This document shows, one piece after another, positions 50,657 to 60,233 of a DNA stretch of 64,000 nucleotides. The notes under the pieces were generated by a model that had not been told where the DNA came from, ran no database searches, and worked only from the letters and a program-made list of their open reading frames with translations. Within the stretch, counting starts at the first letter, position 1. Each line of letters starts with the position of its first letter. Source of the DNA: Thermoplasmata archaeon (GTDB lineage Archaea; Thermoplasmatota; Thermoplasmata; Lutacidiplasmatales; UBA184); NCBI GenBank assembly GCA_035501555.1, contig DATJWA010000013.1, forward strand, positions 60,276 through 124,275, read 5' to 3'. The translations under genes and the position numbers were made by a program.

Positions 50657-50775
50657 CCGCGGCGCCCTCCGGTACGGCCCTCCCGAGATAAGAGGACCCC
50701 GCCCAGTTTGTGCGAACAGGTCCGCGCGAAAAGGGATTACCGTATTAAGACGCGGGCCGCTCGCGACCGCCGGCC

Positions 50776-51453
50776 ATGAGCGAGCCCGTCGTGGTGGGCA
50801 AGGACGTCTGGAAGGTCTACGGGAGCGGGGAGACCGAGGTCACCGCGCTCCAAGGAGTCAACATCTCGATCCAGCGCGGCGAAATGATCGCGGTCATGGG
50901 CCCCTCCGGCTGCGGCAAGACGACCTTTCTCAACTGCTTCTCGGGATTGGACGAGGTGACTCGCGGCGAGGTCACGCTCGAGGGCGTCAACCTCCACTCC
51001 ATGGACGACCGGACCAAGAGCGAGTACCGTGCTCGTCGGGTGGGGTTCGTCTTCCAGGCGTACAACCTCCTCCCGGTCCTGAGCGCGACCGAAAACGTCG
51101 AGATGCCGCTCCTCATCGCGGGCGTCCCGGGTCGCGAGGCCCGGGAACGGGCTCGTGAGATGCTCGGGGAGCTCGGGCTCGGCGACCGGCTCGACCGCCG
51201 ACCTGCGGAACTGTCGGGAGGCCAGCAACAGCGCGTCTCGCTCGCCCGCGCCCTCGTGGGCCGTCCCGCGATCGTCTGGGCGGACGAGCCGACCGGGAAC
51301 TTGGACGAAGAGGACTCCCGTCAGGTGACCACCCTCCTTCGGCAACTGAACAAGACCTACGGCCAGACGATGGTCGTCGTGACCCACGACGCCACGGTCG
51401 CGAGCGGGTGCGACCGAACGGTGCGGATGCGGGACGGGAAGTTCGTGTCCTGA
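50776..51453 (+). CDS. ABC transporter ATP-binding protein (MacB/LolD-like)
   Basis: Walker [10 protein letters not shown], signature LSGGQQQRV, Walker B IVWADEPT, and an H-loop. Confidence 0.9.
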   Translation: MSEPVVVGKDVWKVYGSGETEVTALQGVNISIQRGEMIAVMGPSGCGKTTFLNCFSGLDEVTRGEVTLEGVNLHSMDDRTKSEYRARRVGFVFQAYNLLPVLSATENVEMPLLIAGVPGREARERAREMLGELGLGDRLDRRPAELSGGQQQRVSLARALVGRPAIVWADEPTGNLDEEDSRQVTTLLRQLNKTYGQTMVVVTHDATVASGCDRTVRMRDGKFVS

Positions 51454-51457
51454 ACCC

Positions 51458-54424
51458 ATGGCCGCGAACCCTGTGGTGGGCGGACTCCTGCTCCTGCTCC
51501 TCGTCGTCGCGCTGGTCCTGGTGATCCTCGCGGTCCGCCATCGCCTCGCCTTCCGGATCGGGATCCGAAATGTGGTCCGGGCCCGTGGCCGCACGGTCCT
51601 GCTGGTGCTCGGGCTGCTGGTCGCGACGACGATCGTCTCGGGCAGCCTGGTGGTCGGCGACACGATTACCCAGGTCAACGTGCACTACACGGTTCTCGGG
51701 GTCGGTCTGAACGACGAGATTGTCGGCAACCAGTCCCCCTCCGGCGCGTACACCCCCTTCCCCTACCCGGTGTTTACCGCGCTCCAGAACGGGACCGCGG
51801 GGGACTCCTCCATCGCCGGCATGGCCCCCGAGATCGCGGCCAGGTTCTCCATATTCGACCGGACCAGCGGCGTGCCCCAGACCAACCTGTACCTGATCGG
51901 GGTGAACGGCAACCAGAGCAGTCAGCTCGGCGACTTCGTCGCCGACAACGGGACCAGTATCAGCGGCCCCGCGCCGGGCGAGGTGCTGCTGGACGACCTC
52001 GCCGCCTCCGAGCTGAACGCCTCCACCGGAGACACGGTCTACCTCTACGGCGTCGCCGCGACGCCGATTCCCTCGGTGGTGCAGGCCGTCGTCCAGGACG
52101 ATCTCCGGGGCGCGTTCCCGACCGGCGGCGTAGGGAACTTCGGGACCGGTTTCGTGGACCTGCCGCTGGCTCAGAGGCTCCAGAACCTGTCGGGCATGAT
52201 CAACCTCATCTCCGTCACGAACGTCGGAGACCAGTCCAACCGCCTCTCCCTCGCCCCCCACGTGAGCGCGACCCTCAACGCGACGCTCGCGACCATTCCC
52301 GCCGCGAAGGGACTGACGGTCAACCAGGTGCTGGTCGGGGGCTTGGAGACCGCCGATAGCGCTGGGAGCAGCATCTCCACCCTTTTCCTGGTCCTGGGGC
52401 TCTTCTCGATCGTTGCCGGGGCGATGCTGATCGTGGGCATCTTCGTCCTGCTCGCCGAGGAGCGGAAGGGGGAGATGGGGGTGTTGCGAGCGATAGGACT
52501 CCAAGGCCGGGAGCTGGTCTACTCCTACCTGTTCGAGGGGGCGGTGTACTCGGCCGGCAGCGCCCTCGCCGGCACCTTCCTGGGCGTCGCGGTCGGCTAC
52601 GGCCTCGCCTATGCGTTCGGGGTTCTGTACAAGATCCCGGGACTTCCCGCGAATGCCATCCTGGATTCCTTCACCGTCACGAACCAGACCCTGGTCATCG
52701 CCTACGTCGTCGGGTTCATCCTCACCCTGGTCACCGTGGTGGTCGCGAGCCGGCGGGCCAGCCGGCTCAACATCGTCCGGGCGATCCGTGACCTGCCCGA
52801 ACCCCCGCCCACGTTGCGCACGTACACCTACCTGGCCTACCTCGGGGTGGTGTCCTTCCTCCTCGGCGCCCTGCTGTACGCCAGGACCTACCAAGGTACG
52901 TCCAACCTCTCCTACCCCATCCTGGGGGTCACCTTCGCGGTCGTGGGCCTCGCGCTGATCGCGTCGCGGTTCGTCAGGAATCGGGTGGCGTTCTCGGCCG
53001 CTGGGGCGGCTCTGGTCGTCTGGGCCGGCTACGAGCCCCTGCACCGTGCCCTGCTCGGAACGGACCACGGTGGCGGGATCTTCATCGTGTTCACCGAGGG
53101 GGTGGTCATGGTCTCGGGAGCCCTGCTCCTGTACGCGTTCAACTCCGCCGCGATCTCGACGGCCATCCTCCGACTCGCCGGGGGGAAGTCGCAGCGCGCG
53201 CCGGTGGCCCGGATTGCGCTCTCCTACCCGGGACGTCGGCCCACTCGCACCACGATCACGCTCGCCATCTTCGCGCTCGTGGTCTTCACGCTGGTCGGGA
53301 TCGCGGCCACGGGCGCCACCGTGGACGCGAGCCTCGGGGCGACCCTCCAGTCGGAGTCGGGGGGCTACACGTTCGTCGCCTACTCCTCTACCTCCATTCC
53401 CGAGCTGCCGGAGCTGGTGGCGGACAACGCCACGGTCGCTCCGTACTTCTCGAACGTCGTTCCGCTCATCCTTGGCGGGGTCTACGTGAACGTGAGCGGA
53501 TACGCCGCCAATCCGTATTCCGACGACATCTACTCCGGTCCGACCGACGTGCCGACGTCCTCGAACTTCTACTCGACGAACCGGTTCACGTTCACCGCGA
53601 CCGAGGGCGGCATGAGCGCCTCGCAGGTCTTCGCCGAGCTCTCCAGCACCCCTGGGGTCGCGATCGTCGACAACAGCTACTCCCCTGTGAGCAACAACCT
53701 GGCCAGCGGCTCGAGCGCGGCCCACCCGACGGTCACCCCCGGCGGCACGATGCTGCTCACGAACCCGGCCAACGGCAATCAGACCACCGTCCGGGTCATC
53801 GGGGTCATGGCGCAGTCCCTCGTCAGCGGGGTCTACGTCAGCCCGCCCACGGCGGCCGCGCTGGGCTACTCGAACGAGAAGGTCTTTTTCCTGACGCTCG
53901 CCCCCGGCCAGTCCGCTACGCGCGCCGCGCAGGTAGCGAAGGCCGCCTTCTTCCCCTACGGCCTGGTCGTCCTCAACATCGCCGACCTCCTCGCCTCCTC
54001 CATCGCGTCGACCGAGGGGGCCATCGGCCTGCTGCAGATCTTCGTCGGGCTCGGCCTCGCGGTCGGGATCGCCGCGATGGGGATCGTGGCGCTCCGCGCG
54101 GTCGTGGAGCGGCGTCGCGAGATCGGGATGCTCCGCGCGAACGGGTTCACCAGCCGCATGGTGCTCGCGTCGTTCTTCCTCGAGTATTCCTTCGTCTCGC
54201 TGGTCGGTATCGCGATCGGGACCGGCCTCGGGCTCTTGATCGTGTGGAACCTCACCCAGAGCGCTGCGGCGACCTCGGCGGGGGTCTCGACCTTCGCCGT
54301 CCCGTGGCCGAACCTGGTCATCATCCTGGTCGTGGCGTACGGGCTCTCCATGCTCGCCGTCGCCGAGCCGTCGCTCCGTGCGGCCCATCTTCCGCCCGCG
54401 GAGGCAGTCCGCCCGACCGAGTAG
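51458..54424 (+). CDS. ABC transporter permease, FtsX/MacB type with two large extracytoplasmic domains
   Basis: 988 aa. Two 4-TM FtsX modules (RAIGLQGRELVYSY..., RANGFTSRMVL...), each preceded by a large Thr/Ser/Asn-rich loop. Confidence 0.8.
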   Translation: MAANPVVGGLLLLLLVVALVLVILAVRHRLAFRIGIRNVVRARGRTVLLVLGLLVATTIVSGSLVVGDTITQVNVHYTVLGVGLNDEIVGNQSPSGAYTPFPYPVFTALQNGTAGDSSIAGMAPEIAARFSIFDRTSGVPQTNLYLIGVNGNQSSQLGDFVADNGTSISGPAPGEVLLDDLAASELNASTGDTVYLYGVAATPIPSVVQAVVQDDLRGAFPTGGVGNFGTGFVDLPLAQRLQNLSGMINLISVTNVGDQSNRLSLAPHVSATLNATLATIPAAKGLTVNQVLVGGLETADSAGSSISTLFLVLGLFSIVAGAMLIVGIFVLLAEERKGEMGVLRAIGLQGRELVYSYLFEGAVYSAGSALAGTFLGVAVGYGLAYAFGVLYKIPGLPANAILDSFTVTNQTLVIAYVVGFILTLVTVVVASRRASRLNIVRAIRDLPEPPPTLRTYTYLAYLGVVSFLLGALLYARTYQGTSNLSYPILGVTFAVVGLALIASRFVRNRVAFSAAGAALVVWAGYEPLHRALLGTDHGGGIFIVFTEGVVMVSGALLLYAFNSAAISTAILRLAGGKSQRAPVARIALSYPGRRPTRTTITLAIFALVVFTLVGIAATGATVDASLGATLQSESGGYTFVAYSSTSIPELPELVADNATVAPYFSNVVPLILGGVYVNVSGYAANPYSDDIYSGPTDVPTSSNFYSTNRFTFTATEGGMSASQVFAELSSTPGVAIVDNSYSPVSNNLASGSSAAHPTVTPGGTMLLTNPANGNQTTVRVIGVMAQSLVSGVYVSPPTAAALGYSNEKVFFLTLAPGQSATRAAQVAKAAFFPYGLVVLNIADLLASSIASTEGAIGLLQIFVGLGLAVGIAAMGIVALRAVVERRREIGMLRANGFTSRMVLASFFLEYSFVSLVGIAIGTGLGLLIVWNLTQSAAATSAGVSTFAVPWPNLVIILVVAYGLSMLAVAEPSLRAAHLPPAEAVRPTE

Positions 54425-54472
54425 GTACCTCTCCGAGGGCCCCCGGGGCGGCCCGAGCGACCGCGTCCCGCC

Positions 54473-55066
54473 CTAGAGCCGCTGGACAACCACTTGGCCC
54501 GGCGCGGACGGAGGGTGAGACTTTCCGCGACTCGTGGCGGAATTGATCGGCCTCCAGCCGTGCCACCGCCGGAGCATCCGGACCCGGACCGGAAGCCGGG
54601 CCCCCCGGAAATGGTGGTTGTAGAAGTCCATCGTGATGGAGTGCTCCTCGAACGTGACGTCCTCTCGGGATCCTCCGACCGCTTCGAAAGCCTCCCGGCG
54701 CACGGCCGCGAACCCCGACATGAACAGCTTGTAGCCGAGGACGGACTGCAGGACGTCCAACATCGTGCTCTCGGCCCGCATCATGAGTACGTCGACCTCG
54801 GGCGCGGGCCAGTAATTGGCCGCGACCGCGAACTGCCAATCCCAGGTCAGCCATTCCTCCCACCTCCAGTCGGCGACGAGCCGCACGTCGTCGTCGACGA
54901 ACACCAGCACCTTGCCGGACGCCGCGGCGGCGCCCACGTTGCGGGCGTGGGCGGCCCCTCCCGGCACCGAGACCACGACTAACTCCGAGCCCTTCGGGAG
55001 CATCCCGGCGATCCGTTCGAGGTTGGCCGGCTCCGGCCGTCGGGTTGGGGTGACGAACGAAATCAC
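54473..55066 (-). CDS. GT2-like glycosyltransferase (short)
   Basis: N-terminal Rossmann-like GT-A start (ISFVTPT...ARN.GA..A.G.VLVFVDDDV). 197 aa. Confidence 0.5.
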   Translation of the reverse strand: MISFVTPTRRPEPANLERIAGMLPKGSELVVVSVPGGAAHARNVGAAAASGKVLVFVDDDVRLVADWRWEEWLTWDWQFAVAANYWPAPEVDVLMMRAESTMLDVLQSVLGYKLFMSGFAAVRREAFEAVGGSREDVTFEEHSITMDFYNHHFRGARLPVRVRMLRRWHGWRPINSATSRGKSHPPSAPGQVVVQRL

Positions 55067-55146
55067 GGTCTCCCTCCTCCCGGGTCTACCCCCCGGCCCG
55101 CGACGCGCGGTGCCCTAGGGGACCGAACGCGGTAAGCTGGCCCTCC

Positions 55147-56133
55147 TCAAGCCGAGAGGTCGGTGGGCCGCCGGAAGAATCCGGACCTCAGACGCATCTC
55201 GCCGGTCGAGCGGTCGATCTCTCCCCGCACCCCGACCGTGCGACCGAACATGCCCATCTCGACGATGTACCACGCGACCTCGAAGACGCTTCCCCGGGCG
55301 ACCGCTTCTCCGGCGTGGGCGCGTAGGGCCATCCAGCGGTTCTTCGACATCGCGGTCGCGTACGTGCGCTCGAGCGCCTCTTGGGGTGAGTGGACTGGAC
55401 CGGCGGTGGCCGGCACTTTCGCCACCTCCATCGAGCGCTCCGGGGCGGGAGCCTTCTCCCCGAACCGGTAGCGGCGGTATCGGATGCGGTACCGGTCGGC
55501 CGTGTCCTGTTGGTCGATGAGGGTCCAGACCCGCGGGTTGGTGGTCGGCGCGACGGAGGTGTACCCTTCGCGCGTGCGGACGACCCCGGCGCGCCACCGC
55601 GCGACGCCCCGGAGGAGCAGGTATCCGCCGTAGACCGCCGCCAGGATCCACGCGGTCTCGACCCAGATCGTGAACGGCACGTTCCCCCGCTCGAGGATGA
55701 GCGTCACCATCGTCACCGTGGTGAGGGTGAGCATCGCCACGTTGATCGCGACGTCCGCGTCAAGCCTTAGCCGGCGCAGCGAGAGCGGCAGGAACGGGGT
55801 CACGGCGAAGTGCGTGAACCCGTCGAGGAACACGTGGGAGAGGCCCCCGATCTCCATCGCCGCGAAGTAGCCGAGCGTCGAGGCGTGGGTGAAGTACGGC
55901 AGGTACGGGACCAGAAAGCACCCGACCCCCGCGACGACCGTGACCCCGAGGATCGAGTGGGTGATCCCGTGATGCTGAAGGATGGGGAATCGCCGGGAGA
56001 GGGGGAAGAGCAGCGCGTCCGCGTCCGGCAAGCCCCCCGCGAGGGCGCCGGCGGCGATGAACTGCGGAGCCCCGGGCCCCCAGATCACGAAGGAGAGCAG
56101 GTAGGCGAATACAACATGCGTGAAGAGGTCCAT
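55147..56133 (-). CDS. Membrane-bound metal-dependent hydrolase (DUF457/YdjM-like)
   Basis: LFTHVVFAYL ... HHGITHS ... FLDGFTH His motifs in a polytopic protein. Confidence 0.6.
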   Translation of the reverse strand: MDLFTHVVFAYLLSFVIWGPGAPQFIAAGALAGGLPDADALLFPLSRRFPILQHHGITHSILGVTVVAGVGCFLVPYLPYFTHASTLGYFAAMEIGGLSHVFLDGFTHFAVTPFLPLSLRRLRLDADVAINVAMLTLTTVTMVTLILERGNVPFTIWVETAWILAAVYGGYLLLRGVARWRAGVVRTREGYTSVAPTTNPRVWTLIDQQDTADRYRIRYRRYRFGEKAPAPERSMEVAKVPATAGPVHSPQEALERTYATAMSKNRWMALRAHAGEAVARGSVFEVAWYIVEMGMFGRTVGVRGEIDRSTGEMRLRSGFFRRPTDLSA

Positions 56134-56144
56134 GATGCGCGGGC

Positions 56145-56696
56145 CTACTCCCTGCCGGGCGCTGGGGGGCCGGTGGGAGCGGCGTCGTGGGCCAGCATCT
56201 CCGCCAGCCGGTCCAGGTCAGCGTTCCGGAGGCCGATCACCCGCCGACCGTCCAAACGGGCCGAGGGAATCCCGTCGCGGAAGAGCACGATCGTCGGGGT
56301 GATCCGGATCTGGAATGTGTCCCACAGCGGGTCGTCGAGGTCGGTGATGTCCGCCATCGCCAGCTGCGCCGGAAGGTGACCGCTTCGAGCCACGAACTTT
56401 GGCACGAACCCCCGGGTGGGAGGACACCAGGTCGCGCCAAAGCACACTGCATACCTCCCCTCGCGCTTCAAGCGGGTCCCGTCGAAGTCGCCCGTCCGCA
56501 GGACCTCGAGACCGGTGCTCTCCCAGCCCTGCTCCCGCTGTTGGGTCACCCTGCGCCTCCCGTGGAACGGCCGCTCGGGGTTCCTCACGCCGCGCAGGGT
56601 ATAACCTCCGAGTGTCGAGGACGAGGGTCGGTGGCGTTGGAGTAATGCGGCGCGACGGACTGCACGTCGCATGCCCGCCGGACGCCCCCTTCGCAC
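56145..56696 (-). CDS. Thioredoxin-fold protein with single-Cys WCPPT motif
   Basis: FGATWCPPTRGF in the CxxC position but with the second Cys replaced by Thr. cis-Pro region follows (ITPTIVLF). Start uncertain. Confidence 0.5.
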   Translation of the reverse strand: MRRGRPAGMRRAVRRAALLQRHRPSSSTLGGYTLRGVRNPERPFHGRRRVTQQREQGWESTGLEVLRTGDFDGTRLKREGRYAVCFGATWCPPTRGFVPKFVARSGHLPAQLAMADITDLDDPLWDTFQIRITPTIVLFRDGIPSARLDGRRVIGLRNADLDRLAEMLAHDAAPTGPPAPGRE

Positions 56697-57030
56697 GCCG
56701 AGGCGACTTACGATCGTCCTCGCCCAATGGTGCCCGCACTGCGTCCCGCTTTCCGTGCGGGAGGGTCGCCGATTGGCCTCCCGACTTCACGTCCCCCTCC
56801 GCATCCTGGACATCGACAAGCGCGGTCAGGTCCAGGTCGCCGACCGGCTCGTTCGAGACTTCGGGGACCCCTCCCCGGACTATCTGATCCCCCAGGTCTT
56901 CCTGGAATGGTCCGACGGAGGGGTCGAACCGTTGCTGACCGGCTTCTCCGAACGGGTCGCCCGCACCGAGCGTGCGTGGCGCGACCTCCTCTCCAGCGAT
57001 TGGTTGCGGTCGCTTGCCCGGGGAGGATAA
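56671..57030 (+). CDS. Thioredoxin/glutaredoxin-like protein (WCPHC)
   Basis: AQWCPHCVP active site. The 5' ends of this and the previous gene overlap divergently. Confidence 0.5.
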   Translation: MPAGRPLRTPRRLTIVLAQWCPHCVPLSVREGRRLASRLHVPLRILDIDKRGQVQVADRLVRDFGDPSPDYLIPQVFLEWSDGGVEPLLTGFSERVARTERAWRDLLSSDWLRSLARGG

Positions 57031-57591
57031 GCATGCCCAGGGCCGGCGCGCTTCCGCCAACCCTTCGGACCGCGCTGGTCGCCCCCGGCGGAGAGTGCTA
57101 TCGGCACTGCGACCGACCGGTCCGGACCCGGCGGGTCGCGAACCGCCTCCCCGGGGTCTGGGAGGTTCGCGCGTGCCCGTCCGGGGTCGTGTCGCTCACC
57201 TCCTACTCAGAATGGACCCGGCGCGACCCGACCCCAGCGGTTCGAGCGGTCCTCCGATCCTGGACAGTGCCCCCGGCGCTGGTCCGTCGATGGGACCTGA
57301 GACTGGCCACTCGACGCGGTCCGGAGCTCGGTGGCCCGGCCGAGCGGTACCTCGCTTCGGCTCGACCTCGGAGGGGAGTGCGGGTGGTCTACTGGAGGGT
57401 CTACCCCTTTCGCGCCCGTGACGGATCGGAGCGCAGGCTCTTCGTGTGCTTCCGACGGGCGCATCGCTCCCCGGTCTTCTACTCCGCCTCGCCTACCGAC
57501 GGGTCGTCGGGCTGCCCGGTGTGCAAACGGAGACGTAGGTCCGCGGCCCGTTGAGCGGCTCAACCCGATCGGTCGGGTCCAGCGAGGCCGC

Positions 57592-58053
57592 CTACCTCCG
57601 TACGAGGAACTGGACCGTGCAGTGGGCCCACGCCTTCCGGCTCGCCCAGGGGTCGCCGTCGTAGACCTCACGGACCCCGGTCACCGACTTGATCGTCCCG
57701 TCCTTCCTCCGCCAGCGAAGCCAGTCGTTGAGCGCGTGGTAGACGACCCGCGAAGAGACGGCGTCCGGGTCGAACGTCACGCACGCCGCCCATGTCGGGG
57801 AGAGCGTCTTCAATCGGACCCGTCCTCCCACCTCGGCGGGGCCCCCGAGCTCGAGGCAGGCCTCCCACCGGTTCCGGTCTCGCTCGAAGAAGATCCAGCG
57901 ACCGGTGCGGACCTTTTGGCCCCGCGCCCACGCGATGAGCTCCCGAAACTCCGAGCGCAGATTGTCCTCCTTCCACGGCCCCACCCGCACGATCGACGCG
58001 ACACGGAACTTTGGCACTCGCTGGATGAAGAATTCGACCACCATGGACCTCAC
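57592..58053 (-). CDS. GyrI-like / AraC effector-binding-domain-like small protein
   Basis: ~150 aa duplicated beta-alpha-beta-beta fold pattern. Weak, pattern-only assignment. Confidence 0.4.
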   Translation of the reverse strand: MRSMVVEFFIQRVPKFRVASIVRVGPWKEDNLRSEFRELIAWARGQKVRTGRWIFFERDRNRWEACLELGGPAEVGGRVRLKTLSPTWAACVTFDPDAVSSRVVYHALNDWLRWRRKDGTIKSVTGVREVYDGDPWASRKAWAHCTVQFLVRR

Positions 58054-58156
58054 CTAGAGGACGTACCCCGCTCGATGAACGTGGAGGAGCAACATACCCT
58101 TAGAGCCGTCCGGGGGCGGGCGGACCTAATTAACCCAACGGGCGAATCGGGGAGCG

Positions 58157-58999
58157 ATGAGCGTGGTCGAGGCGCAGGTGCGAGTCCACCATCCGTGCCC
58201 CTACTGCGACATCTCGTGCGAATTCCCTCGCTCGCTTCTCCTGCTGTGGTGCGATAACCGTCGGGATATCTTCCTGGTTTCCGCGCCGGATGAGTCCGAG
58301 CTCCGCGAGGTGCTCGCGGCGCTCCGGGACTCCTTCCACGCCCGGGCCCTCGTGGTGGACGGCAAGGACGCCCTGGTGACCATCCCCGACTTCGAGTGGG
58401 CGGAGCCCCCCTCCGTGACGGGCCTAGCTCGGAAGACGGGGGTCTGGGTGCTCCACCCCGTGATCTATTTCGGCGGCACGGAGACCTATCGCCTGATGGC
58501 CCCCTCGAAGCGCGAGTTGAACGACCTGGTCTCGCGGGTGCGACGCCTGGGGGACGTCGAGATCCGGTCGGTCACCGACCGGGGGACCCTCGAGCGGGTA
58601 CGGGACCTGCCGACGGCCTCGGTCCACTTCTTCGAGGGCCTGACGGACCAGCAGGCCCGGTCCCTGGTCGCGGCCTTCGAGAGCGGTCTGTTCGACGTCC
58701 CCGCCCGGACGAGCTGGGATAACGTCGCCCGGGGACAGGGGCTCTCCCGCTCGACCTTCGGGGAGCACCTTCGAAAGGGACAGCTCCGGCTGCTGACCAA
58801 CAGTTACCCGTCCCTGAAGGCGCGAAGCGAGCAGGCCGCCGAGCCGCTCCTCCTGCCCGCGACCCCGGCGCGCCACCCTCCGGCCCGGAGACCGCTCCAG
58901 GGTACGCGATCCCCCGAAGGAGAGGCTGGGGTTTCGCGAGAGTCCCCGAGCGACGAGCGTCACTCCTTCGCGACGCCCCGGGGTCGACGCGCCCCGTAG
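58157..58999 (+). CDS. HTH_10 (Bat-like) archaeal transcription regulator
   Basis: C-terminal HTH_10 (LTDQQARSLVAAFESGLFDVPARTSWDNVARGQGLSRSTFGEHLRKGQLRLL). The N-terminal domain has an HPCPYCD metal-binding-like start. Confidence 0.6.
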   Translation: MSVVEAQVRVHHPCPYCDISCEFPRSLLLLWCDNRRDIFLVSAPDESELREVLAALRDSFHARALVVDGKDALVTIPDFEWAEPPSVTGLARKTGVWVLHPVIYFGGTETYRLMAPSKRELNDLVSRVRRLGDVEIRSVTDRGTLERVRDLPTASVHFFEGLTDQQARSLVAAFESGLFDVPARTSWDNVARGQGLSRSTFGEHLRKGQLRLLTNSYPSLKARSEQAAEPLLLPATPARHPPARRPLQGTRSPEGEAGVSRESPSDERHSFATPRGRRAP

Positions 59000-59679
59000 A
59001 GACCGAGCCCCTGGCGGCCGACAGGGCGGGTGTTCCACCCGAGTGCCCATTTCCCCAGCGCCTCGCACAGTCCCCCGCCGGGGCCGTGATCGACGATCGC
59101 GACCGCGCCGGGCGGGAACAGCGGGTCGAGGACCCGGAACTCGCGACGGGTTGCGTTGTCCTCGTGGGGAACGTCGTAGACGAGCAGGTCGATGGAAGGA
59201 AGCTGCTCGGCGAGGATCGGGAGAACGTCACGCTTGTCGCCGAGTCGAAGGTCCCAACGCTGCCGCAGGGGAACAGGAACCGCCCACCCCGAGCTTCGTC
59301 CCGGAGGAAGGGTCCAGGAGATTCGGGAGTCCGACTTCCCGGGCCGGCGTTTCGGCGGGAAGGCGGGCAGGTCGATCGAATGGAGCCTCCCCTCGCCGTT
59401 CTGCTCGAGGGCCTTCAGCATGTAGGCGGAGGAGACCCCGGAGGAGACCCCCACCTCGACCACGTGGGCGGGCCGGAGCAATCGCACCAGCGCGTGGAGC
59501 TCGAGCGGGGCGTCGATCTCGACGTAGGAGGTCCGACCCGCGCGGGCATGCGAGCGCGCCAGCTGAGAGAAGAGGCGTCGCTCTCCCGCTGCCTCGGCGA
59601 GCGCGTGCTGGGACTCCTCCGCCCCGCGGCCGCTCAGCTCCGCGACCCAGGCAGGGTCCGGGTCGGACTCGACCTGCAT
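58960..59679 (-). CDS. Class I SAM-dependent O-methyltransferase (TylF/MycF-CmcI-like)
   Basis: VVEVGVSSGVSSAYM motif I, then LLVYDVPHED. Confidence 0.6.
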   Translation of the reverse strand: MQVESDPDPAWVAELSGRGAEESQHALAEAAGERRLFSQLARSHARAGRTSYVEIDAPLELHALVRLLRPAHVVEVGVSSGVSSAYMLKALEQNGEGRLHSIDLPAFPPKRRPGKSDSRISWTLPPGRSSGWAVPVPLRQRWDLRLGDKRDVLPILAEQLPSIDLLVYDVPHEDNATRREFRVLDPLFPPGAVAIVDHGPGGGLCEALGKWALGWNTRPVGRQGLGLYGARRPRGVAKE

Positions 59680-59692
59680 CGCGGGTCACCCG

Positions 59693-60136
59693 CTAGGCCT
59701 GCTCGAGCTCGCCCGCGTTCCCTATCCACTCTCGGGCTTCCTCGACCTTGGGCCGGACGGCGCGGATCCGCTCGTACGCCTCCTTCAGGGGCAGCCCCTC
59801 CGCCCGGTGGAGGTACCACGCCGCCCCGAGGGGAGAGCGCCGCACTCCGTGACCGCAGAAGACGAGCACGGGCTGACCTCTCGAGCGGGCCGCGCCCATG
59901 GCGCGTGCGAGCTCGTCCAGGTTCTCCCGGAGGGGCCGGTCGGCCGACTCGTCGTAGATTCGAATGTGCGTGGCCGGCGGCATGTCCTCCGGCGGGTCGT
60001 CCAGGACGCAGAACCGGGCGCCCTCGAACCGCAGGGCATCGTTCCAGCCCCCGACGAACACCCCCGGGGCAAATTCCGAAGGGGTGGCCGCACGGGATTT
60101 CGCTTTGGGCTTGCTGACCTTTCTCGGGGCGACCAT
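59693..60136 (-). CDS. Dual-specificity / tyrosine protein phosphatase (CX5R)
   Basis: VLVFCGHGVRRSP is the HCxxGxxRS P-loop. 147 aa. Confidence 0.7.
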   Translation of the reverse strand: MVAPRKVSKPKAKSRAATPSEFAPGVFVGGWNDALRFEGARFCVLDDPPEDMPPATHIRIYDESADRPLRENLDELARAMGAARSRGQPVLVFCGHGVRRSPLGAAWYLHRAEGLPLKEAYERIRAVRPKVEEAREWIGNAGELEQA

Positions 60137-60233
60137 GGTCTACCTGCATCCTGGAGAACCCAGGTCGACCATCTGTCTTGGGCCGCCCGAGGGCGGATGG
60201 CCCCCACCAGCGGCGCGGGCCGGCTTGCTCCGT

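Noticed and set aside
50670-50690. CCCTCCCG 8-mer matching the 3' end of tRNA-Thr, as a possible att direct repeat closing the lower-GC island
   Set aside because: Only 8 nt in a GC-rich genome, so chance occurrence is likely. It cannot be called an attachment site without a longer repeat.
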